A stretch of 64,000 bases of DNA from Sphaerodactylus townsendi (lineage: Eukaryota): contig NC_059431.1 of assembly GCF_021028975.2 (NCBI RefSeq), positions 103,230,001-103,294,000 of the forward strand. Reading direction: 5' to 3'. Shown piece after piece: positions 49,101-57,500 of the stretch. Numbering within the stretch: the first letter of the stretch is position 1; each line of letters begins with the position of its first letter. The notes under the pieces were generated by a model. That model searched no databases and had not been told where the DNA came from. It saw only the letters and a program-made list of their open reading frames with translations. The position numbers were made by a program, and so were the translations under genes.

Positions 49101-49328
49101 GGACTGAGCGCCGCCCCTCAAGCCGGGAAGGCAGCCCCCAGCCCGGCTCCGGCGCGGCCCACTCACCATGACGGTGGCGATGATGGAGAGCAGCGCGTCG
49201 CTGTAGGCCAGGAGCCGTTGCGACGAGGCCTGAGTGCCGCCGCCCAGCTCGCCCACGGGCCTGCCGCGGCCCAGGAGTAGCGGCGGCGGCGGGGCCGGGC
49301 CGGCCACGGGATCGCCGGCTTCAGCCAT
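30441..49328 (-). CDS. TMEM175: Endosomal/lysosomal proton and potassium channel TMEM175, complete spliced CDS (502 aa)
   Basis: join of 49328-49167, 45562-45524, 44450-44353, 42750-42699, 39854-39819, 38153-38070, 36920-36756, 34315-34237, 32031-31902, 31104-30441 = 1509 nt, all GT-AG, in frame; two 6-TM repeats with RLLAYSDALLSIIATVM and RVEAFTDGVYAIVATLL. Confidence 0.97.
31902..32031 (-). CDS. TMEM175: TMEM175 coding exon 9
   Basis: ...EPLSKERVEAFTDGVYAIVATLLILDI, 130 nt. Confidence 0.95.
32046..32830 (-). mobile_element. 5'-truncated young CR1 LINE
   Basis: ORF 32236..32817 is the CR1 ORF2 C-terminus (KKANSMLGII, PLYKAVVRMHLEY, VQRRATRMI, YEERL, TRGH) followed by a CR1 3' UTR and TTATGTTCTTA tail. 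Confidence 0.95.
33848..33993. mobile_element. hAT MITE (CAGAGGCGTAGC family)
   Basis: TIRs, 8-bp TSD CAGGAACC. Confidence 0.85.
34237..34315 (-). CDS. TMEM175: TMEM175 coding exon 8
   Basis: SYVFLGLIIFFPHIRHLTNWFTSRID, 79 nt. Confidence 0.9.
35392..35673. mobile_element. GC-rich TIR element (same family), nested in a small palindromic MITE
   Basis: Reverse complement of 19981-20262; host at about 35323-35687. Confidence 0.8.
36334..36480. other. N run (147 nt); others 40975-41121 (147 nt) and 46559-46696 (138 nt)
   Basis: Direct reading. Confidence 0.99.
36756..36920 (-). CDS. TMEM175: TMEM175 coding exon 7
   Basis: AVIVMYAFHHPYLL...FFFIPM, 165 nt. Confidence 0.95.
36965..37310 (-). mobile_element. 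L2-type LINE 3' end; others at about 22480-22710, 42235-42660, 52185-52440
   Basis: (TTTA)n tail, TATACCGCCCCTCCCCGAAGGGCTC.GGGCGG 3' motif. Confidence 0.6.
37381..37531. mobile_element. Harbinger-type MITE (GCAGAATAATGCAC family)
   Basis: TIRs, TSD TGA. Confidence 0.8.
38070..38153 (-). CDS. TMEM175: TMEM175 coding exon 6
   Basis: FSLMASFPEVPFGIFLFSSCAVVIGFVQ, 84 nt. Confidence 0.95.
39004..39230. mobile_element. Penelope-like element, inverted pLTR pair with hammerhead motifs
   Basis: Inverted arms around 39125, same tail on the minus strand, flanking duplication TTTAGAGCAT. Confidence 0.75.
39600..39700. mobile_element. Short hAT MITE (CAGTGGTGGGAT family)
   Basis: TIRs present, imperfect TSD. 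Confidence 0.75.
39819..39854 (-). CDS. TMEM175: TMEM175 coding exon 5
   Basis: ACMMLITFLPYT, 36 nt. Confidence 0.93.
41941..42130 (-). mobile_element. CR1 3' fragment
   Basis: AGAATCATAAAGTTGGAAGAGACCCCCAAGGGCCATCAAGTCCAACCCC is the reverse complement of a CR1 3' end. Confidence 0.75.
42699..42750 (-). CDS. TMEM175: TMEM175 coding exon 4
   Basis: LFQVIELIDDVLALLNL, 52 nt. Confidence 0.95.
42810..42950. mobile_element. Harbinger-type MITE (GCAGAATAATGCAC family)
   Basis: TIRs, TSD ATA. Confidence 0.78.
43545..43890 (+). mobile_element. Old CR1 3' fragment
   Basis: Degenerate similarity to the 3' part of the 32046 element. Confidence 0.5.
44353..44450 (-). CDS. TMEM175: TMEM175 coding exon 3
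   Basis: ELNESVQQLLATRIAVYLMTFLIVTVAWAAHV, 98 nt. Confidence 0.95.
45203..45410 (+). mobile_element. 5S rRNA-derived SINE with BovB-type tail; relatives at about 23046-23180 and 59228-59420
   Basis: GATCTTGTCAGAGCTTGGAAGCGAGCAGGG...GGTTAGTACTTGAATGGGAGA resembles 5S, then GAGGAAGGCAAT.GTAAACC. Confidence 0.65.
45524..45562 (-). CDS. TMEM175: TMEM175 coding exon 2
   Basis: ILPVAHTKIHPDQ, 39 nt. Confidence 0.93.
46466..47085. mobile_element. Penelope-like pLTR fragments in inverted orientation, interrupted by an N gap
   Basis: 46466-46558 (minus) and about 46975-47085 (plus) match the 39004 element; outer duplication TGTTTTCAAA. Confidence 0.65.
46518..46558 (-). ncRNA. Minimal hammerhead ribozyme motif with intact catalytic core
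   Basis: Minus strand: CT CTGAAGA TGCC...TGC GAAAC GTC AGGA = CUGANGA, GAAA, GUC triplet; stem I partly lost in the gap. Confidence 0.6.
47704..48830 (+). repeat. Tandem array (about 211-bp and 110-bp units) derived from a Penelope-type pLTR
   Basis: CTGGAATAAAA...TAGTCTTT.AGG.GC.ACCAGGC recurs at 47813, 48031, 48141, 48251 and, degenerate, 48769; split by a hAT MITE. Confidence 0.7.
48347..48746. mobile_element. hAT MITE, inverted relative of 2937-3324
   Basis: TIRs, 8-bp TSD CTTCAGCC. Confidence 0.9.
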
Positions 49329-49700
49329 CTTCTGGCAGGCATGTGGCGAAAGACAGCCGACTGCGCCTCCCCGGCAAGGAGGAGGAGGAGGAGGAGGAGG
49401 AGGGCGAGCTCCGCCTTCGCCCCATCGAGGCCGCCTTTCTTTGGGCCTCGGGGCTGGTCGGAGCTTATTCTGAGCGCTCTTGGGCGGTTGAGGGAAAGAA
49501 ACGGGGGGTGCCAAGCGAAAGAGGGGCAGGACCAGCTGAGGTGAGAGAGAAGAAGCCATCGGGATGGTCCAAAGAACGGAAGACGATGCCTTATGACCTT
49601 CATTAAAATGTGCGTGTGGTGCATAAAGTGCCGTCGAGTCGCTTGCAGCTCATGGCGAGCCTGTGAATCAGTGTCCTCCAAAACATCCTGTGGCTCATTC
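49060..49700. promoter_or_regulatory. CpG island / TMEM175 promoter with (GGA)n tract
   Basis: CpG-dense GC-rich block over exon 1; (GGA)n at about 49378-49403. Confidence 0.75.
49167..49328 (-). CDS. TMEM175: TMEM175 coding exon 1
   Basis: aagATGG strong Kozak; MAEAGDP...SIIATVM|gtgagt. Confidence 0.9.
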
Positions 49701-49815
49701 CGCACAGCATATTTATAACGAGTTGCAATCGTCATAAAAGAACTTGTTTTCCCTTTTCATTTATGGGAAACAAATTCATTTATAACGATATAAACTCGTT
49801 GGGTTGACCTGCCCT

Positions 49816-51018
49816 CCATGAACCAACTTCCTGACATTGACATCATATCTCCCATAGAGAAGCATTGGGTACACCTGCGCTCCATGGACCAACTTCCTGA
49901 CATTGACAGCATATCTCCCATAGAGAAGCACTGGGTACACCTGCGCTCCATGGACCAACTTCCTGACATTGACAGCATATCTCCCATAGAGAAGCACTGG
50001 GTACACCTGCGCTCCATGGACCAACTTCCTGACATTGACAGCATATTTCCCATAGAGAAGCACTGGGTACACCTGCGCTCCATGGACCAACTTCCTGACA
50101 TTGACAGCATATCTCCCATAGAGAAGCACTGGGTACGCCTACGCTCCATGGACCAACTTCCTGACATTGACAGCATATCTCCCATAGAGAAGCACTGGGT
50201 ACACCTGCGCTCCATGGACCAACTTCCTGACATTGACAGCATATCTCCCATAGAGAAGCACTGGGTACACCTGCGCTCCATGGACCAACTTCCTGACATT
50301 GACAGCATATCTCCCATAGAGAAGCACTGGGTACACCTGCGCTCCATGGACCAACTTCCTGACATTGACAGCATATTTCCCATAGAGAAGCACTGGGTAC
50401 ACCTGCGCTCCATGGACCAACTTCCTGACATTGACAGCATATCTCCCATAGAGAAGCACTGGGTACACCTACGCTCCATGGACCAACTTCCTGACATTGA
50501 CAGCATATCTCCCATAGAGAAGCACTGGGTACACCTGCGCTCCATGGACCAACTTCCTGACATTGACAGCATATCTCCCATAGAGAAGCACTGGGTACAC
50601 CTGCGCTCCATGGACCAACTTCCTGACATTGACAGCATATCTCCCATAGAGAAGCATTGGGTACACCTGCGCTCCATGGACCAACTTCCTGACATTGACA
50701 GCATATCTCCCATAGAGAAGCACTGGGTACACCTACGCTCCATGGACCAACTTCCTGACATTGACAGCATATCTCCCATAGAGAAGCACTGGGTACACCT
50801 GCGCTCCATGGACCAACTTCCTGACATTGACAGCATATCTCCCATAGAGAAGCACTGGGTACACCTGCGCTCCATGGACCAACTTCCTGACATTGACAGC
50901 ATATCTCCCATAGAGAAGCACTGGGTACACCTACGCTCCATGGACCAACTTCCTGACATTGACAGCATATCTCCCATAGAGAAGCACTGGGTACACCTGC
51001 GCTCCATGGACCAACTTC
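49816..51018. repeat. 66-bp minisatellite, 18 full units plus a partial
   Basis: Unit CCATGGACCAACTTCCTGACATTGACAGCATATCTCCCATAGAGAAGCACTGGGTACACCTGCGCT; units start every 66 nt from 49816 to 51004. Confidence 0.99.
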
Positions 51019-52848
51019 GGCTTCCCGGATCAGTGCCTGTGCCTGTGATCCGGCTTCCCGGATCAGTGCCTGTGAAGCAAACGTCCTGGGACAACCTTCA
51101 GCAAATGGCAGCAGGGAGAATCCCTTCAGCTGCACACAAAATGTTGGGCACAAGCTGAGGGTGAAACTGACTAGGGGGCAAAATGGTTGGGTGGGAAACG
51201 TAAGATGTCTCCTGAGCTCTGCATTCTGCACAGCCAGGCAGGAGATGTGTTGCAGGCACCTTAGGGGGGAAAGTGCTCTTTGAGTTGTTCTCCAAAAAAG
51301 ATACCTTGAGCTAAAATTAGGCATCCTGAGGATGTCTTGGGAAGGAAGCTGTGTGGAATCCCTTCCCATTACATTTTATTTAGATTGTGTGGAACAAACC
51401 AGTTACAGTTCTAATTTCTGGATGGGTTTGCTGACCCTGTGAAAATGATCCAGCCCAAGGGGTCAAAAATGCAGCATAAACACAAATTCTTCCCTTTTCT
51501 GTAAAAGATTGTTAGCTTGAAGCCTTCCCATTAACAGCAGAGTACAGAAGGCATCAGTGATAGCGCCATAACTTTCCCAAATAGCTTGGCTTCTGTGACT
51601 TTTGCATGTATCTCCCACCTAGTGTCTGACAAATATTTAGGCAATTTTGATTGAAGTTGCAAAAATAACTTTAGATAACTTTTGAACTGCCCATTTATTA
51701 GAAAGGAAAACATGAAGGGGCATTCTTACAAAATGGGGTCCACTTCAGTGAAGTCCTGGAAGGACAAAATCAACACAGAAATCAGTGGTAGTGTTGAGTT
51801 ATTGGTTTAAGAAAGTATTATTCTGAAATGGAGTGCAAGGGAAATTACTGAAGGGTTGTTTAGAGACTACAGTGTGTTATGACAGCATGTGTAAGGAAGG
51901 CCTATGACACTATCAAAAATATTATACACCTTGGCTGGAGGCCTCCTAGATTTTGAGGCCATAGGCTTCAACCTTCCAAGTCTATAAGTAAATCCAGCAC
52001 GGGACCAGAGCTCGAAGCAGCTGAGCTCAAGAGAGAAGGGGTTACCTTGGTCCAAATCAACTTCCTCACTACCACCCAACAAAAGCCACGAAAGCAATAT
52101 TCTTTATTAAGGCTATTCAAACATGCTTTCACATACCCTAGAACTCCTGTTCAGGTTGTTAAAAAATAAAAATGGAACAGATATTTTATTTATTTATAAA
52201 ATGTAAATCCCACCTTGCCGCCCTTACAAGGGCTGCCCAGGCAGCTAACAATTTAAGACATTATAAAACCATTAAAACAAACCCTGCTCCAAACATCCCT
52301 TATTAAAACAACTTTAAAAAGAATTCTAAAACACAGTTAAACATACAAAACATAAAATATTGGTTAGGAAGGAGGGATTGGTGAGTGAGTGCCGAATGGA
52401 ACAAAAAAAAATCTTCACCTGGTGGTAGAAGGTGAAGATACAAATCTCACAATAAAAAGAACTATCTGTCTTATATGCCATTAAAGGTTAAAATGAAATG
52501 AAATTAAATGAACAATCTGTCTAATCAACATCTGCATAACTGGTGCAAAAAAGGAAGGAAAAATATAAATAGTGCTAGCTGCGGAATAATACTGGCTACT
52601 TTCGGCATGTCCTTTATCAGTTTCCACCTTGTTCAAATCCACATCAGTTTATGAGAATTAATTCCTCTTATCAATATCTCCAGGAAAAAAAACAGTAAAA
52701 AGGCCCAATCTTGACAACACATAGGCAAATACTCATAATACATTGCATACTAAGCAACAGGATGTATTGCACACTGATTTTGGATATTAAGCAAAGGCCA
52801 ATCCAAATTTGCTATGGAGCCTCCCAAATTCTACTTGTCTTCCTATTT

Positions 52849-53252
52849 CAGTGATAGCTAACCTTTTCGAGACCGAGTGCCCAAACTGCAACCCAAAACC
52901 CACTTATTTATTGCAAAGTGCCAACATAGCAATTTAACCTGAATACTGAGGTTTTAGTTTAGAAAAAATGGTTGGCTCCGCTCTGCACCTCTCTAGTATC
53001 TCAACCTCCTCTGCTCTGCCCCCACTTTGGGTAGCAGCCACCCAGAGCACAGGTACCAGGTCCGCCAGTCGAGTCCTCCCTGCTCACTGCCGTGCGCGCA
53101 CTTTGTGCCCAGAGGCCCAGACAAGCCTAGATGTGTGTGTGTGGCAGGGGCTGATTTTCTGCCCCCCACATGATGAACTCTGTGCATGCATGCCCACAGA
53201 GAGCGCTCTGAGCGCCACCTCTGGCACACGTGCCTTAGGTTTGCCACCACTG
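52849..53252. mobile_element. hAT MITE (CAGTGATGGC family, inverted)
   Basis: Homologous to 13849-14383, 8-bp TSD TCCTATTT. Confidence 0.88.
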
Positions 53253-53738
53253 TCCTATTTGTTTGCTCTATCTGTTGTCGTCTTGTCTGGCTTCACAATT
53301 CATTTTGGGTTCTGACTCAGAGCTTGAGAACTCCTGGGTTTCTGTAATCTGGACAGCTGTGAGACCTGATTCTACTGGAAACCATTGTGCTTGAGGGAAG
53401 GAGAAGAGGGATACTGTCTGTGACACTGGATCTGCCATGGCCCATTCACACATGCATCACTTGGAGTAATCAAATCTCTCCACTTTTATACAAGGGCCAA
53501 CCATCTGGAGCTCAAAAACATATCCTGAAACATATTCTTTCAACAATCCTCTGTTAATAACTGTGTAACAGTTCTCTTAGAACTCTCTCAGTCCATGTAG
53601 AGTCAGGCAATGGCAAACCACCTCCAAATGTATCTTGCTTTGAAAACCCTAGGGTTGGCATAAGTCAACTGTGACTTACCGGTTCTTTCCACTGCCAATA
53701 TAGTATTGCTGTCCTTTTTGGTTGGATCCGGTGATGGG

Positions 53739-53754
53739 TCACCAGAGGGCGCTG
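53739..53754 (+). promoter_or_regulatory. CTCF-like motif
   Basis: TCACCAGAGGGCGCTG closely matches CCASYAGRKGGCRS. Confidence 0.55.
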
Positions 53755-54452
53755 AGTGAGGCAGGACTTTCCCATTGAGCTCTCTCTAGCAGCCTGTCAC
53801 TCTCTTTCTGGGAATGCTGATTCCAAGAGTCAGTGTGGGAATTAGGCAAAATTGAACTTCCTGCCTCATTGGACAGAGCGTGTGTTAACAAAAGAGAGTA
53901 GGGAATGCTTTTTTTCTTCTCTCTCCTTATTGCAGTCTGCTAGCCCATATGACTGTAACTTAGTAGGACATTTTCCTCAACCCCCACAGTGCTTCACAGG
54001 TTGGAAAATGGGCAAAACTTGGGAGGGGTGGTGTTGGTATCATGTCAGTGCATAACCACAACATTATTTCCAAGTGCCAAACCAAAAGGGACAACATAAT
54101 TGCCTAGAACTGAAGGGAGGCATGGCATTTTTTCTTGCAAGTATATAACTTTTTTTTCCAGCTATATACGGCAGCAGATGCTGATTACAAAGCTTGTCTT
54201 GGATAGATGCCAAAGAGGCATGGAGCACCGAGAATGTCGAGAGGGGTGATATTCAGAGCAGTTTTAAATCTTAGACTTTGACCCTGAAAGAGTTAAGTCA
54301 GCAGTTCACATAGCGGAGCCAAACATTGTTTCCCTGACATATTTCTTTTCATTTCCCCGCATGCGTTCTGAATCTACTTGCTGAAAATCTTTCCTTACAT
54401 CAGTTCTCTTTCTAGGAAGATTTTCTTCGTGTTGTTCTTGTTATCGAGGAAC

Positions 54453-54525
54453 ATGTCGTCCAGCACAACAAAGAAAGAGAAGAGATTTCTATTCACATCT
54501 GAATCTGTTGCTGAAGGACATTCTG
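54453..54525 (+). CDS. MAT-like coding exon 1
   Basis: aacATG...[13 protein letters not shown]|gtgagt; strong acceptor at 54414-54415 implies an upstream non-coding exon. Confidence 0.92.
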
Positions 54526-57500
54526 GTGAGTAGCCCTCGGCAGCACATTTCCTCTTTGATATACAACATGTAACTTAATCAGAGGCATAGCTCGGGAAAA
54601 TGGAGTCCAGTGCAAAATCTGAGTTTTGCTGCCTCCCTATGTGTTTTTTGTATTTTTTAGTGTTCTTTCAGTTTTCAGGTGCAGTTTTTAGGATAGCAGC
54701 ACCAAAATTTCAAGGTATCTTTAGGAGGCTCTCCTGATGATACCAGCCAGGTTTGGTGAAGTTTGGTTCAGGGGGTCCAATGTTACGGACTCTCAAAGGT
54801 ATAGCCCCCATCTCCTATTAGCTCCTATTGGAAACAATGGGGAACGAGGCACCCCCTTTGGGAGTCCATAACTTTGGACCCCCTGAACCAAAACTTACCT
54901 AACTTGGGTGGTATCATCTGGACGGTCCCCCAAAAACTCCCTGAAATTTTGGTGCTGCTAGCCTAAAAACTGCGCCCCCTGCAGGCCAAAAACTGAGAAA
55001 CACTAAAAATACAAAAAACAAACCTAAAATTTTTGTTGCCCTCCCCAGACGCGTGCCCGGTGCAATGCGCATTCCCCGGCCCCCTTGTATCTATGCCTTT
55101 CACAGGCTCCAGTTTCTGACAGACTGAAAAGCATTCCAACCATTAAGATGTTTGTCTCTCTTCCTCTCTAATAATTCAGATAGCTTTGGTTATTTTTAAT
55201 ATCAGTGTTGCAGTTCGTAGGGTGGGGATCAGTCCTGCTGCCCCTGATCTGTCTGCTCAGATGTGAATCTCTGAATGAAGTAGAGATGCCAGCATCTAGG
55301 CAGGACTTGGCAATCTCCCAAAATTGCAGCTCATCCACACACTACACGGATCAATCGGCCATGCTGACAGGGGCTGATGGGAATTGTAGTCCATGAACAT
55401 CTGGAGAGCCGCAAGTTGCAGACCTCTGCGGCCTGGAGAAAACAGGTGCTTTGGAGAGTGGACTCTGTGGGATTATACCCCACTGAGGTCCCTGTCCTCC
55501 CCAAATCTCCATGAGTTTCCCAACCTGGAGCTAGCAAACCTACCCCCACCCTACACCCGTGCCAGTAACCAGAGGAGACCTGGCAACTCTAGCAGAAGGC
55601 TGATTTTCCACCCTGTGTTCTTATCAGCCCAGTAAATCAAACATCTGTAGGGGTAGGATTTTATGGTATGATTTCAGACGGGCAAGTTGAAACATGTCTA
55701 CACTGAAAAAGGGCAACCTGACTCATGCTAGAATACAGTTGGTTAAAAATTTCAGACCTTGCCACTTAATGTCTCGTATCTGTGCTGCAACACTGGGAAA
55801 AGAGATGCTACTTGGAATGGTCAGTGGTAAATGGAAACGGGGTAGGCCAATGACTCGTTGATTGGAAACCATTAAGAGGGGTATGGGCATGAACATCAAC
55901 CAATTGAAAGAAGTTGTGGCAAACAGGGAAGCATGGAGGGGACTGGTTTGCAGAGTATCCAAGAGTCGGACAGGTCTAAATGGATAAAGAAGAAGAAGTG
56001 TTGCAACAAATATAGCTAACCTTTGGTAATTATGTCAGAGTTCACTATGTCATCTGGTCCTTTATAATGCTTTCTGTGACCATTGTTCTGTGGATAATAC
56101 TTCCAGATTGGTTTTGAAACTAGGACAAGAAGGGAAAGTTGTGTATACACATTTGCAGTTGTGATTTGAAAAACAACAACATTAGTTCCATGGAGCTGAA
56201 TTTTCCTTTTAGTAGGGAATAGGCTATATGTGAACTCAGCCAATTCCTTTCTGAGAGGGTGTTATATGGACAATAAATAGAACTAAAGTCCTTTACAAAG
56301 GAAAACATTTGTACATAATAAGAGGGAAATTCAAATCTGTCTGCTTCAGAACATGTTACCACCCAAGAAAATGGCCAAAATATTTTCTTGAGTCAAGTTA
56401 CATGACTACACCAGCTCCATGTCAGGGCCTTGAGAGACCTGTGTGGTTCAGAAGCCTCCATAAGGCTTGCAAAGGACGTAAACATGTGATTGTGCTAATG
56501 TTATATGGTTTCCTTCTTGCCTTTGTCCCTTTTAAGATGTAATGTAAGCCCCTCAGTGTTTGGTTTGTGTTTTACTTAAAAAAAATGTTTAAAAAAAAAA
56601 AAAGGATTACTTATACTTTTAGAAAATAGGAGTTCTCCAGGGTTGGGTTTAAAGGTTTTGTTACACGACTGTTAATTTAGGGATGCTCTTGCTTATATGT
56701 TTCTATGGGCTTGTCCTGTATTGGAGGTTCTTTACGATCTCCTCTGATGTTTAAGTTTACAAATGTTATTTTAGATATCTGGCGAATCATTTCGGAAAAA
56801 AAAGCAGTTTGCAAAAGCTGATGTGAAAGGCTCAAGGAAGTTAGTCCTGGAATTCAGTTTGGACCAGCACCCAAGTGTCCGTATTTGTAGCAACAAAAGG
56901 GCCTTTTGACTAACAAAGGATGGACTCAGGGTGTGGACTGACTGTTGGAAGATGTCACCCTGTTTTGCTATTGAACTGTTTGAAGTTTTACTCTCAGGAT
57001 CCAGAAGCTCATTGGACTGTTCACATCCTTACTTTCAGGATCCAAGAATTCATTGGATCATTTAAACTGGTCTCTGTCTAACACTCGGGAGCCTTTTCGG
57101 GTGAAGTTGCAACCTTTTCCTCTGGGATCTGATCCCATCAGCATGTGCAAAAGGATTGTTTTCTCCCTTTGGCGTTCTATGATATTTTCTCTGTATTAGA
57201 TGGAAGGAGACCGCCCCCTTCCTGGTTTTTGCACTATGTGGGTGGGACTGCCCTATACCCCCTTACTGGGTTACTGGGGAAATGTATAAAAGGGGCTGAT
57301 GCACAGCCATGTGGGGGTCCATTTTGCTGAGCTGTGCCAAGAAATCACTTGTCAATAAAGAACCTCCCTGCTTTTGAAGTAACTCTGGTCTCCTGCACCT
57401 TTCCTTCTTGCCTTGCTGTCACAAGCTGAAATCACTTGAAATCACTCCTAGAAATCACTTTATGTTACCAGGGCAGCGGTAACAAACAGATGTTAAAAGG

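Noticed and set aside
49850-49865. METTL16 nonamer (UACAGAGAA) near a MAT gene
   Set aside because: The repeat has CATAGAGAA, lacking the required UACAG, and the MAT 3' UTR is outside the window.
49816-51018. CRISPR array
   Set aside because: Units are contiguous and near-identical with no unique spacers; vertebrate context and no cas genes.
49818-51158. PDIDSISPIEKHW resembles the Tc1/IS630 SPDLNPIE.W motif
   Set aside because: Short gapped similarity only, with no other DDE segments or TIRs; treated as coincidence.
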